Source: Antedon mediterranea (taxonomy: Eukaryota; Animalia; Echinodermata). From it: a stretch of DNA of 64,000 nucleotides. Below, piece after piece: positions 50,555-64,000 of this stretch. The stretch spans positions 20,411,237 to 20,475,236 of the forward strand of contig NC_092672.1 in NCBI RefSeq assembly GCF_964355755.1, in the 5' to 3' direction. Positions within the stretch are counted from its first letter, which is position 1, and the number at the start of each line of letters is the position of its first letter. A program made the position numbers and the translations under genes. The notes under the pieces were generated by a model, which was not told the origin of the DNA, searched no databases, and worked only from the letters and a program-made list of their open reading frames with translations.

Positions 50555-51171
50555 TGCAGAGGTCACTCTTAATATATCACTTACAAGTGATTTCACTGAG
50601 GGGTCATTGTATTTTGGAGGCATGCGTCATGTAAGTATAAACAATGCCTGAAAATGTCCAGTTATAAAAAACAAAGCAACGATTTGTATTATTTTGGCAC
50701 TGAATAACATAATTAAATGGTTTACATTCTATTTTAGGTAATACTTTATGACCAATATGATTTTTTGTTATTATGACTGATACATTAATTTTGTTATTAT
50801 GACCCGAATACAATTTTTTAAAGTAAAAATGTAGCTATATTGGTGACAATCATATTGTACATATTCTATTTAACCACCCTCAGATGCTTGTTTTCAGTAC
50901 CTGAACTTTTCTGTTCATACACATGATAAAGAATCAAGACAAGGTGTTCTTAATGTCATTTCCTGGTGGCAGTCTGAAGCCAATCTAACATTAGTCATAT
51001 AAAATATTGCACACTAGGCTTCCATTTTGGCTTTTGTATACCTCTGTTGAATCTACAAGTGACATGGTTGTCTTTTATATAGCAACATACCAGGTTTGTT
51101 AATTTTGTGTTGTTTTTAACAGCAACAAGGAATAGAAGAACCACAGCGTACTGAATATTGCCACAAGCCAA

Positions 51172-54100
51172 TGCAGGATAACCTCTTGTGATTGTACGAA
51201 ATCATTGGTTATCCGCAACGAAGTTGCAGGATAACCTCTTGTGATTGTACGAAATCATTCTGTATGATTTTTGTGTAACGCTTTTCTCTAAAACTCGCAA
51301 ACATAACATTTCGGTAACTATCTTAACATATTGACATTTACGTAACGTCGTCAAGCGAAGCTTTTCATGACGTTTACAATTGCGCAACGTGACTTACGCG
51401 CGATTTAACGATTTTGTCGTATTTAACATAGCTCGACAACCAAATAACATTTCAACTTGAAACTTTGCAAAAGTTTAATTTATATCATGCGCTAACTTTC
51501 TGTTGAAAAAAAATTCCGTGTTTTACACAAAGTTACGCGCGCACGCGCATTTAAAATTTCGAAATGCGCAAAATTAATTTCTAATCAACTTTCTACGCGT
51601 TTCATGTCGTTTTAAGCATGTCAAAAATTCCCACGCGTGCGCACATTTTTACGTGTGCGGTGCGCACGTAGCATTGAAAACGTAGTTTTTTCGCGTGATT
51701 TATGTTTTTCCAGCCTTTTCTAGTAATTTTACCAAATTTTAAACAATTTCGACTTAAAGATACGTCATACCAGCACGTCGAATTGGACAATTTGCGCGCG
51801 TTTTTTATGAAAAGGTTAAAAAATTCGTTTAAAATATGCCTTTTTTTAAACAGTCGTAATTTCTAAACTAGACGGTCAAATTTTTGTGGATGACATATTC
51901 TAGAAGTAGATGAGTTGTAGATGTCGGATCAGGTATTAATATGGCTAACCGGACATTGTGACGTCATCGTATGGCCACGCGAATATAAAATTTAGGATTT
52001 TTGTATCTTTCGTCATAGCTCATCACATTGAATAGAGCGCATCTCCACTTATCCGTTTTCCATTTTTACCCCGATTTTGATATTGTCTAGGTCAATCAAC
52101 TATCTTTCGCATGAGTTAAAAATATTTTAATTTTTTTGACGTCATCATGCCTAAAAATTTAAATCACGTGTGGCATCAATTTCATCTTTACAGTAAATTT
52201 CAATCTGTTATAGCTCGTAAGAATAAAATGTGATAATCACGATTAAAACTTTTTCTGGAAGCTATTGGATTGTAGATACGAAATTATGTAAACATGTTGC
52301 CAATCGGAAATTGTGACGTCATCATATGGCCAGTTTAATAAAAAAGGTCGTATTTTCATCTTTTGCGTCATAATTCATTACATTTAAAAGAGCGCGCATC
52401 AATATTTCACGTATTCAAATTTCTTCTACACGCTAATACGTTGTTGCTGAAATAATTTCCTTTCGGAATTGTTACCTTCGCGTTTCATTTTAAAACTGTC
52501 AACATGTTAAAAATTGCAATAATTAGCGGGTCCCGTAATTTTACCTATTCTACACTGTATGTGATATGGATACAGATTATACTGTGTATACTATATATGA
52601 ATTTATATATAGATAAAATTCAGCAATAACAACATATCATATTCTTCAGTTCAGGTCATAATGCCAATGTGACCTCTTCCTTTTGTCCTCAACCTATCCC
52701 CTTAATGTTAATGTTGCACCACTTGCGCGGCGGATAACCAAACTCGTCAAAGTGACGAGTTACATGTCTAGTTCTGTATGATTTTTGTGTAACGCTTTTC
52801 TCTAAAACTCGCAAACATAACATTTCGGTAACTATCTTAACATATTAACATTTACGTAACGTCGTCAAGCGAAGCTTTTCATGACGTTTACAATTGCGCA
52901 ACGTGACTTACGCGTGATTTAACGATTTTGTCGTATTTAACATAGCTCGACAACCAAATAACATTTCAACTTGAAACTTTGCAAAAGTTTAATTTATATC
53001 ATGCGCTAACTTTCTGTTGAAAAAAAAATCCGTGTTTTACACAAAGTTACGCGCGCACGCGCATTTAAAATTTCAAAATGCGCAAAATTAATTTCTAATC
53101 AACTTTCTACGCGTTTCATGTCGTTTTAAGCATGTCAAAAATTCCCACGCGTGCGCACATTTTTACGTGTGCGGTGCGCACGTAGCATTGAAAACGTATT
53201 TTTTTCGCGTGATTTATGTTTTTCCAGCCTTTTCTAGTAATTTTACCAAATTTTAAACAATTTCTACTTAAAGATACGTCATACGAGCACGTCGAATTGG
53301 ACAATTTGCGCGCGTTTGTTATGAAAAGGTTAAAAAATTCGTTTAAAAAATGCCTTTTTTTAAACAGTCGTAATTTCTAAACTAGACGGTCAACTTTTTA
53401 TGGATGGCATATTCTGGAAGTAGATGAGTTGTAGATATCGGATCAGGTATTAATATAGCTAACCGGACATTGTGACGTCATCGTATGGCCACGCGAATAT
53501 AAAATTTAGGATTTTTGTATCTTTCGTCATAGCTCATCACATTGAATAGAGCGCATCTCCACTTATCTGTTTTCCATTTTCACCCCGATTTTGATATTGT
53601 CTGGGTCAATCAACTATCTTTCGCATGAGTAAAAAATATTTTAATTTTTTTGACGTCATCATGCCTAAAAATTTAAATCACGTGTGGCATCAATTTCATC
53701 TTTACAGTAAATTTTAATCTGTTATAGCTCGTAAGAATAAAATGTGATAATCACGATTAAAACTTTTTCTGGAAGCTATTGGATTGTAGATACGAAATTA
53801 TGTAAAAATGTTGCCAATCGGATGTTGTGACGTCATCATATGGCCAGTTAAATAAAAAAGGTCGTATTTTCATCTTTTGCGTCATAATTCATTACATTTA
53901 AAAGAGCGCGCATCAATATTTCACGTATTCAAATTTCTTCTACACGCTAATACGTTGTTGCTGAGATAATTTCCTTTCGGAATTGCTACCTTCGCGTTTC
54001 ATTTTAAAACCGTCAACATGTTAAAAATTGCAATAAATAGCGGGTCCCGTAATTTCACCTATTCTACACTGTATGTGATATGGATACAGATTATACTGTG

Positions 54101-54282
54101 TATACTATATATGAATTTAAATAATAAAATTCAGCAATAACAACATATCATATTCTTCAGTTCAGGTCATAATACCAACGTGAACACTTCCTTTTGTCGT
54201 CAACCTATCCCCTTAATGTTAATGTTTCACCACTTGCGCGGCGGATAACCAAACTCGTCAAAGTGACGAGTTACATGTCTAG
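51172..54282 (+). mobile_element. Two ~1.5-kb Helentron/HINE-type elements, one nested in the other, inside the OGFOD2 last exon
   Basis: 5' tt-ggttatccgc...ggataacc; 3' gcggataacc + hairpin aactcgtca-aag-tgacgagtt + CTAG|TT at 52771 and 54282. Confidence 0.85.
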
Positions 54283-54734
54283 TTATTTGGATGCGATCTT
54301 CCAAAATAAGGAATAAATTGTGTCCAATGTGTGATAATAAACCTCAACTTATTAAGACTGTTGGATTCGGAGATGGATTCACTCAACCAGAAAATACAAC
54401 TGTCGATGTTTGTTGTACTTTATAATGCATATGTCAACAATTTTACAACTCAAATAATATATTTACAAGATTCTTCCGATGGACATGTGTATTTATGACC
54501 TCTCTGCGACCTAACTATGTGACATGTAAAGATGTCAAGAATGGTTGAGCCTGTGATGTAGCAGAGACATTGGTTTGAAATCCTTTTTTTGTTTGAAAAA
54601 GTGTGTCGGCTGTGAGGTTTAGGAGAAGATAGAGTTTATGGGAAGTTTATAAGAAGATATGAAAACATAGTCTCCATCAAAGGGAACTATTATAGTACTA
54701 TATATACATTAGTATAGTATAAATATATATTATA

Positions 54735-54925
54735 TAATAAAAATAATAATAAACTTTTATAAAGCGCTATTTACTGATGTCTCACAGCACTAAAAGACCA
54801 ACAAGAATTATTGAAAAGGTGAGATTTTAGAGGTGAATTGAATTGCTTAAGAGATTTACACTGACGGGTATGAAGTTGAAGCTGGTGCCAAACTAGTGGC
54901 ACTTGTGCAAGAACCCCGTAAAAAT
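54735..54925 (-). mobile_element. Degraded L2-like LINE 3' end
   Basis: (aat)n followed by tataaagcgc, resembling the 3' end at 46736-46790. Confidence 0.4.
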
Positions 54926-54933
54926 AAGCTTAA

Positions 54934-57425
54934 AGATGTATTGTCCCCCTGAAAAAATTTTTTTTTTCAATATTTTTGTTGAATAGGCCATTTTAATTGC
55001 ACATAAAAATTATTCACTTTGACCTCAATTTGGATTGAAAAAAATAATTTTGTACACGGGAAAATCGCAATTTAATGCAAAAATTAACCAACCGGAAGCT
55101 ATTTGTCTGGAAGACAAATGTGTTCCGGTTTAATTTAACCCTTGACCTGAGTTTGCTCATAAATATTCATATTGTATGGATACATCGTGTGGATGATGAT
55201 GCTTTCCAAATCAACAGCCAACAACGATAGCAATGCATGCGTGCGAGAGAGTCGAGTAGTGATGATGCGAGACGAATCTTGAAGAAAACACGAAAACTAT
55301 AGCTAGCAGAATGCTAAGTTAGAATTACAGTTGGTAACTTTGATGTTGAATCTTTTTCATTTAGGTGAGTTTTTGTTTCGCTAACAGGAGAGGCCTAGCT
55401 AGGCCTAGGCCCAAATTTGCTGCTACTGTACTACTAGTCTACTACTACTACTAGCACTGACCAGGGAGTTGTTACTCCCTGCACTGACAGCCTAACTGCT
55501 GCCTACTTCTGTCTCTAGAAGTAGAGTGTAGTAGGCCTAGGCAGTACACTGCTAGCTAGGTCTACAGTAGACCACCACCAGAAGGGATGTATTTTTGTTT
55601 TAATCATGATGAATTGGTTTAATGTTTAAAGATTTCAACTATCTATTCGGCAGTGAAAATTAAAAAAAAAAGAAAATCTAAATATTGTTTTGTTTTGGAT
55701 GTTTTACTGATGCAATATTTTAAAAATATTTTCTGTATCAAATGCAATAGGTTCAAATTAACATTCCGCAAATAAACATTTTATGCAGATATTTTGACAC
55801 AAATTTCTTTTTTTTTAGGTTGATTGATTGAACAATAAGAGCAAGTAGTGAGAAACATAAAATGTATCGTACAGTGGCAACATTCACAATTTATTGAAAC
55901 GTTTCTTACTATTAAAATGACACTTTGTAATGGATGTGAGCGATCTTAGAAGACTATAGCTGTCGTAATTACTGCTGCCACAATCAACACATTGATAATT
56001 AGTAGACAAATTGACACAAAAAACAATACAGGAATTCAATAAGATATACTGTATATACTGTATATATTTTATTAACTCCTTTTGCACTGTAATATTTACA
56101 GTAAAATTATGAAGTGTAAGTAAATTTTAAGAATTTATCCTGTGTACTGTTGTACTGTAGTAGTTTTTTTTTATTTATTGAATGTTATGTTTACAAAATA
56201 ATATACTGTACATATAATACAAAAAAAATTATACAATATTTTACAAGCTGGACAAGAACATATTGGCCGAATGCAGCAGGAGAGTCAGAAATATTTTTCC
56301 TGCAATATCCAATCATATTCCAATACCGAGTCTATCATTGTTGTCTTTGGGTGACCTCTGTTCCAGTCTTCATCAGCTCAACGTCTTTAAAAAAAGTAAA
56401 AGCAAAGTATGAAAATCTGGAAAAAATAGATCATGCATATTTAGTTCAAAATTGGGCTAGTGAAATTGCTTACTTTGACATAGTCAAATAAGTATACTGT
56501 ACTACCTTTTTATGGTAATTAAAACACATTACTTATAATGTTATAACTTATAAAAAGAGAAAATAAATATTTGACTTACTACAGTACAGAGAACATTTGT
56601 TTGTGTTGTAAAATGGCTAAGCTGGCTTTTCCCCTATGTCTACTTGTACAGTGCTGCTGGAAGGTTCTCAATTTCAGGCTTGTATTGCAACCATTTTCTC
56701 TGAAAAATGTTTGTTTTATTTTTATCATAAAAATTAGTTAAACGAGCTTCAACTGTAAATATATATGGTACAGCAAGCTGGCTGTATTTTCGGAATGTAG
56801 CTAAGATTGATGGCATATAGCCTAGGCCAGTCTATGAAGAGTACAATGTATAGGGCCTAGCTGGGCATCTTCTGTAGGGACCCGATTGTCACAGTCTGCT
56901 TGCTACTAGCCTACCAGCATGTATTAATTATTCTAGGCCTAGGCCCTAGCCCTAAACGGAAAAAATCCCAGGCTAAGTTAATTAATTTACCTTCATGTTA
57001 TTATTGCGTTATATATATTATTATATTTAAAATAACCGTCTAGGCCTACCTACCGACAAATTAACAGCTCAGCTTTACATATTTATACGATCAGGCCAGG
57101 GAAACCCACAGTCGAGTCGCGTCGATCTCTGGTGGTGTTGTTGTACATACAACGTGCATCGTCCATTGTTAGATCAGATCTCTGCTGTGTGGATGCTCAT
57201 TAACATATCATGCATATGTATGAGTTAGCTCTACCGGCCTAATTTCTGAGCCGATGAGTTCGAAAAAATGGTAAACTTATTTTGATTTTATTATAAGCGA
57301 AATCAATATTTTTTTCGGATTTTTTTTCGGTGGAAGTGAATAACTTTATGTTAACTACAAAACGGTCTATTCAAAATTTGATTTTTTTCATCTTTATTTT
57401 TCATTTTTTGGGGGACAATACATCT
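54934..57425. mobile_element. Kolobok-like non-autonomous DNA transposon
   Basis: TTAA|AGATGTATTGTCCCC...GGGGACAATACATCT|TTAA; purine-purine start with TTAA TSD. Confidence 0.8.
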
Positions 57426-57999
57426 TTAATTGTTGAATAATTTGTAAAAAGTATTTAATATATTGTTGGTGGAAAATGTTTTAATAAACAAACGAAAATA
57501 AAGAACTGATTGTAAAATTGTTGGAAAAATGTTTTATTAAAACGAAAAAAAGAACTAATTGTAACATATTGTTGGAAATGTTTAATAAACAACAATAAAA
57601 GAAACTGCTTTAGTTGTTGGAAAATGATAGAAAGAACATAAACGGCCATCTCTTACAGAGGCCTATTTAGTTCATTGTTGGCAAACTGCTTTCAGTGGTT
57701 TATTCAATTCATCGTAAACTGGATTCAATTTGTCTTCCACACGTTTCATCCACTCAGCAATTTCAGGCTGGTTCTTCAGTAAACTTTTACCAGATGGACA
57801 GGCAAACGGTTGAACAACCTGAAAAAATTTTAGAAATACTATTAATATATATGAAATATTTTAATGGGCACAAATGAAATGTTTTCTTACTAATACATGC
57901 ACTAATCATTTAACATAAACTCCAAATATTTAGAATTTCATTTTTTAATCAATATATTGTTTCAGTTTGATGAATAAACAACGCTATGACAAAAATGCA

Positions 58000-58635
58000 T
58001 CTTATAAAATCAAACAATGCTCCTTCAGAAGGTTGTCCGTTGATGGTTAATGAATAAAGAGCGATAGGATGATTTGGACAATGGGAATGTATCGTATAAA
58101 ATAAACTATAGCTCCGTCAGAAGGTTATCCGTTGATGGTTAATGAATAAAGAGCGATAGGATGGTTTGGACAATGGGAATGTATCGTATAAAATCAACTA
58201 GGCCTATAGCTCTCTCAGAAGATTGTCCGTTGGTGGTGAATGAATAGAGAGCGATAGGATGATTTGGACAATGGGAATGTCTCGTATAAAATCAATTATA
58301 GCTCCCTAAGAAGATTGTCCGTTGATGGTTTATGAATAAAGAGCGATAGCACGATTTGGACAATGGGAATGTACGGTATCGTATAAAATTAACTATAGCT
58401 CCGTCGGAAGGTTGTCCGTTGATGGTTGATGAATAAAGAGCGATAGGATGATTTGGACAATGGGAATGTATCGTATAAAATGAACTATAGCTCCTTCACA
58501 AGGTTGTCCGTTGATGGTTAATGAATAAAGAGCGATAGGATGATTTGGACAATGGGAATGTCTCGTATAAAATCAACTATAGCTCCTTCAGAAAGTTGTC
58601 CGTTGGTGGTTAATGAATAAAAGAGCGATAGGATA
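58000..58635. repeat. ~92-bp tandem repeat, ~7 copies
   Basis: Unit ...cagaaggttgtccgttgatggttaatgaataaagagcgataggatgatttggacaatgggaatgtatcgtataaaatcaactatagct. Confidence 0.92.
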
Positions 58636-60559
58636 AATTATTATTTGCAAATATTTTTATGTTGCTTTTGTTTTTCCTTTCATTATTTTGCTCAGTTGTT
58701 TTATTGTTTTATTTTGGTTGCACCACTAACGACAGTGTGTGCCACTGATAAAAAAAAGTGATGACCAATAAATAAATATGTCTAGGATGTCAATATAAAT
58801 TTGTATTGTATTTGAAATAAATAATTAGAAGGTATTATAAATGCATATTATCATTTATTTATAGGTCAGCTGGTGCGTTTACAATCGTTAATCCATCCAT
58901 ATCTAGGAAGATATATACACCAGGCCTAGAGAACCAATTACGGTTATTTAAATAAACGCCAATTGAATAAGCAACCGCCCCACCCCCTCTCCCCATAAAA
59001 CATCCCTTGTAATAAACGCCTCTTGACTCTTGAATGTAGTCTATTTCGAATATAGTGTATGGTTTAGGCTAATCGTAAGCTTGTTATGAACTAATCAAGT
59101 TCTACTACTCTAAATTGCATATTTGTTTATGTAGGATGTAGGCCTACAAGGCAGGCAATGCAATTTATTTTAGAGTGATTTCATTTTGTATATGTTTTAA
59201 ATTGTATCTTATTGTTATTGCTATTATTCGCCAGTTTCATAATGTGTTTTTGTTTATGTTTTAATGTTTATCATATTATGGAAAAATAAATATTAGCAGT
59301 ATCAGCACTTATTCTTTTTATTAACTATACCTACAGAAAACGTCGTTTATAATGCTTTTGCTAAATAAGTAGAAAATACGAATTAGCAATTTACACCCAC
59401 GCTAAGGTAAATACAGACTGGCACTTTAACAATGTGTGAAATATGGTGTTCCAAGTTAACTAGCCAGAGAAATAAATGGTAGGCCCAGTACTTACATCAT
59501 TGTAAGATATCAACAAACTGGCCAGTTTTACCGTGACTATCTGCTGCCACCAAGCACTCGACATTCTACGCATACGATTACAGACTGTGCTTGTTATTAG
59601 CAGAAGGGTCATCAGATCCCCCTCCTGGAATTGACATTCGTTATAGTTTAGTTACCTACGAGTAAGTTATGTTGTAATTAATGAATAACAATAATTCTTC
59701 TCTTTAGTGCTATTTTAAAACGTTGGGAAGAATATTAATGATGCCTGTCTATTTAACTTAAAATCAAGAAATGTCATTTTTTTAAATACATTTATCTTGT
59801 ACATTAAATCTAGTATCCAGTTGTGATTGATTCTTGCTATACAGCTGCAATATCAATAATTTGTAGTGCTGGTTTTTCTATCTTAAACTTATATAAACCA
59901 CAATGTATTCTTGCTAGTAACAATACTCATAAACATAAAGTTATAAAAAGTACAAGAACTTTGTTATCGATATTCTTTCGTAAAAAATAAATCGATCTTG
60001 TAGGCTTACAAGCAAACCGGAAGTTTGATAAAGCAAACATTCATATTGTTCTGCTTTACACACCTTGAGAAAAATAATGCAATCGTGAATAACAAACCAG
60101 GGAGTTCAACTCCCTGAACAAACTGATACGTACAAAAACTGGCGGTGCTTGTTTTCTCTTTAAGTTTTAAATAGCACAGTGTATTATTGCTCCAATATGA
60201 ATAATATAAGGAAGTTATACAAAGTACAATAACAGGCGTCTCATTGTTACCGATCTCTTCTCCAATAAACAAATCTTTCTAGTACCGGTAAATCGGAAGT
60301 GTGGTAATTGTAAAAGAACAAAATGAAACACATTTATGCTCCAAATATTATTTGTTTTACAGCTTTATATAAGGCAGCTTTAAAAGTTCAATAATATTTA
60401 CTGATTAATTTTGTTTTATAAATACTAATAATTCGCAGAAAAAGGCGCAGCTTAAAAGAAAAATGAAATTAAGTTCTGATGAGTATAGGCCTATTGTTAT
60501 ACCGATAAGGAAGTAACAGTAGACCTACAATAATAATAGTACTAAGAAAACATAACATC

Positions 60560-60890
60560 AATTACATTGCTTGTCTTCGTTCGGCTGATCAAAACCTACT
60601 ACTTGTTCCTAGAATTAACACCAAATCTTATGGACAAAGGTCTTTTATGTTCTCTGTTGCTTCTCTTTGGAATTCTCTCCCTCGTCATTTTACTCATTCA
60701 ACTGCTATTTTTAAAAAAGAACTTAAAACGCATCTTTTTAACATCAAATATAAGCGCCTTTGATTTTTACTTTGGTTTAGTTGATTCTGGCGCTATACAA
60801 ATACCTAAATTATTATTATTATTATTATTATTATATTATTATTATTATTATTATTGTTATTATTAGTGTTATTATTATTATTATTATTAC
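60560..60890 (+). mobile_element. L2/CR1-group LINE 3' fragment with long (tat)n tail
   Basis: LRSADQNLLLVPRINTKSYGQRSFMFSVASLWNSLP; gcgcc...ggcgctata 3' stem; (tat)n ~60810-60890. Confidence 0.8.
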
Positions 60891-61149
60891 AGTTGATTGT
60901 ACATTACAGGGATCAATTTGGCCGCGCCCTGGTTGGAAACTTTTATATTATATACAATATTTAGGTTTTTTTTATTCATGCAGGTTTGTTTACCGTGCCT
61001 CACAATGTTATGTTATGTCCGTTCATTTTTTTTTATTAAATCGAAAACAAAAGGGAATTAGAATTTTGAAAGTGTGCAATAAGCAATTATGTCCGATTTT
61101 CACTTATATTTTTAATATTATTTTTTATTAGTGTAGGTCTACTGTTCCA

Positions 61150-61470
61150 CGCGTATATTTATATTATCAACCCATTGCCAAAAGTAAATAAACCCAGTGT
61201 ACCAACAGATTTTAGGGCAGTTACAATTACGTCTAACGTTACCGTAAACGTTGAGAAAGATTGAATGTATCAAGACTCAAGGAAACATTTGTAATGTAGC
61301 CTAGATAAGAACCAATTTGCATCCAGAGCTCAACGATGCTGTTAATTCTTTTCTCCATAATATTTACCAACGCCTTGATCCAAACAAATTTATGTAAATG
61401 GTCTCTTTATCGATTTCCCCAGTGCATTTAACACTATTTTACCTCATATTTTAATTGAGAATGCGTCAAT
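61150..61470 (+). mobile_element. Highly degraded LINE RT fragment
   Basis: Pieces DFRAVTITS, NQFA, GLFIDFPSAFNTILPHIL in shifting frames. Confidence 0.55.
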
Positions 61471-62145
61471 AATGTCAGTACCCATTGTAGTATATTGTAG
61501 GTGATTGTTAATAGACAACATTTTCGGTATAGTAGGAAAGAAATTTACGCGAAAATATCTTTCAGAACAATTATTCATTGTTGCAAATATTTACGCCTCC
61601 ATTCTATATAATTATCCAACGATAATATATACTTTACAATTTAATTCCGACTGTAAATGTTGTTAATGTTGTTTGTGTTATTATTCATACATCTAGATTC
61701 GTGGTTGACTTTTTAATAGCTTTGACAGTGCTATACAATTCATTTCATAATTCATCATTTTCGCCGATTTTTTTTAGCTTGTAATTTGTATTAATTAAAC
61801 AATTCATACATTCACAATTCTTGAAGATGAACAGGCAAAAAATTAGTTAACATACTTAGTATCTGTTACTGTACAATATTATTTTCAGATGTTTCCTTTA
61901 TAAACCTCACTTCCTGAACAAGACCATTAAGTTTACAATTATGAACTATTTCTAATAAGGAAGTTCATCTTAAATGTGTTGAATTGGTGCAGGATAGGCA
62001 TTTGTATCCTGTCTCAAGGCTGTCAGGTCAGGTTTTGTTCCATGTAAGTTTACAGTTTTGCTGCTACCATCGCGTCAAAGGGCGCGTTTATACAACACGC
62101 ATTACACGCATATTCTACACGCCTACGAGAAGTGTGTTGTATAAC

Positions 62146-62586
62146 CAAAGATTGTATAGCGCCGCAAGATAGGCGGACAGGTTATTATTGTGATTTAAAT
62201 GTAAATGGTTTAAACTTTGCGGTCCGCCTAGAAGTATCTGTGGTTAACCTTCTTGATGAATGATTCATGGAAAAGGGAAGAAATTATGTAAACAAAGTAA
62301 AATAAAAGTTTCTTTGGGATCTGGACACTTTCCGATTAATTCTGTGTGTTTACATTGATACGTTTGGTTAGACAACTTCGTTCTTTAACCGAAACATCGT
62401 GGATATTGCCTTGACAACGACTTTATTCCAGTTCAAATTTGTCCGCCGGAATGGCGTCCATGGATTACAAAGGTCTCACCCAGTTACCTACGAATGGCGT
62501 CCATGGATTTACTGGGCGCGTAGTGTTATAAGATAGGAGCTTGGCAACAGTTACCTATCTTGCGCCGCGGCGCTATACAATCTTTG
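62146..62586. mobile_element. P-element-like MITE
   Basis: TIR CAAAGATTGTATAGCGCCGC...GCGGCGCTATACAATCTTTG; 7-bp TSD gtataac (62139-62145, 62587-62593). Confidence 0.75.
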
Positions 62587-64000
62587 GTATAACAACAAAG
62601 GTTATGTTTATGAACATTTAAAGTATCTGGATATGCCAGAGGTCTCTCCTGACAAGGCTAAATCAAAATTCTCCCTACCGTTTACAGACTTCTAGTTATC
62701 CGGCTACTCATGGCCTTATTTTCAGCCTGATTTGCGTGATTATCTCATAAAATACATTGTTTAATCCAGCAAACTCCCCTGAGGACAAGCCAACCCTCCA
62801 AATTTGCCGGGATGAGGTTGGTCCGGATAACCCAGGTGGTAGTACTCAAAAAAGTCATTAAGGGTCGTTAAGGCATGATTAATGACCCCAAAAGATGACA
62901 AGTTATCCGGATACTTGCTGTTCGTAAACGGGCCCATAGAGATTCCGTGTAATGAGATTTTAATTGCAAAAAAGGCTACTTGGCTGAATCCTAAAATTTG
63001 GTGGATTCCCGGTCGCCGTTACCGTGTTGGAAGTGTCCTCAGGGTATATTTTGACCTCTCGTTAAAACAAGTCGTAATATAAATCATGTCATGCGACGTT
63101 GCTAACAAGATTGGGCCCATTTATTGCTGCTTCGCTGCCAGCAATCATCCTCCTACCACGTCTTACGCCTAGCCATAAATCAGCATTAAATAAGCCAGTG
63201 GGTAAATCTTTATGGAATTAATTCAAAAGGAAAGCAATATGCTTAACATTGAATGTGAAAGATATAACAATAAAAAAACAAGTATAGAAAAATGGGTAGC
63301 TTTAAGAAATACTATTATGTTAATATAAATTCTAATTTGCTCGATTATCAGAAAAGGAATTCACAGTGATACGAGTTACAGGTGGTGCTGATCTGATTTA
63401 ATTCGTTTTATCTTGTATATAAATACATTGTATAATCCGGGTTGTAAAATTAAAACAAACAATTGAAAATCTCACAAATTCTTTATGTGTAAAATATTTT
63501 AAAACGAAGAACATTAATGAAAATAGGAGGCAATACGGAATTCATAAATGTAAAAATGTTACTGATGAATTGTAACGACATTGGGAATTAACAAATGTGT
63601 TAAATAATATGATTTTATGTAATGACATGAGATAATATAATGAATGTGGATAAAAGTGGTGTTTGCACCACAAAAGAGAAAAAAAAAGCTATCGATGGAA
63701 TGGTGGGTACGAAATCCATGATAATTTAGTTACTTATCTAAAATAAATTCGACGGGAACCTGATTTTACAAGAGGACCTCTTATATGAGTTTGTGAGGAC
63801 TCCGTTTATAGAGGACATCTTAATATCTGTCATGTTCTAAAGACTCCTTAATATCAGTTCAAATTGATCAGTTCTTTTCTAATGAAGAATCTGGGCAATT
63901 TACAATCAAGCAACAACACCACATAATTCTACGTGAATTCTGCTGTACGTGAGCTAGCCTTAATATAATACCGCCTGATTACGGTATATAGGCCTACAGT

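Larger units (their letters stand above)
48612..54425 (+). pseudogene. OGFOD2: OGFOD2-like 2-oxoglutarate/Fe(II) oxygenase, disrupted
   Basis: Exon 48612-48736 (RIYSFPIFTEEFC...PKGRPNTMNNYG). Exon 49060-49241 + 50555-50630 (LYPDCGG.LLDSHKAFVVKY...HYDN|AEVTLN...GSLYFGG). Exon 51123-51177 + 54283-54425 (IWMRSSKIRNKLCPMC...GFGDGFT...VDVC*). 5' exons not found. Confidence 0.88.

Noticed and set aside
56345-56380. Hammerhead-like CTGATGAAGAC...GTC on the minus strand inside the Kolobok element
   Set aside because: It is followed by ACCC rather than GAAA, so the catalytic core is incomplete.
62600-63180. GC-richer segment that might be a decayed retroelement ORF
   Set aside because: No recognisable motif or sustained reading frame.

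Overview
AT-rich, intron-rich animal genomic DNA, probably from an invertebrate (inferred from repeat types). There are no prokaryotic genes and no CRISPR array. Three host loci can be traced exon by exon, and all three show lesions. (1) A tandemly duplicated death-fold gene with death-domain and tandem-DED exons (~261-4060, +). (2) A ~21-exon myosin XIX gene (MYO19-like, 19055-44240, -) with consistent splice phases but an in-frame TAA in the relay helix and an unusual acidic tail ending in a hydrophobic segment. (3) An OGFOD2-like 2OG-Fe(II) oxygenase (48612-54425, +) whose catalytic exons are split by rolling-circle transposons. The rest is dominated by nested mobile DNA. The largest is a 12.45-kb Academ-type element (TAG...CTA ends, 3-bp TSD, ~2.35-kb TIRs) carrying a LINE, a transposase remnant and a second Academ, which itself holds a tRNA-Ala pseudogene. 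Also present are a third Academ with a 30-bp minisatellite, pogo-, MULE-, Kolobok- and P-type non-autonomous elements, Helitron/Helentron elements, Penelope-type hammerhead ribozyme motifs, and many 20-150-bp tandem arrays. Four of those arrays are copies of MYO19 exon boundaries. Family assignments come from terminal signatures and remembered motifs, not database searches.
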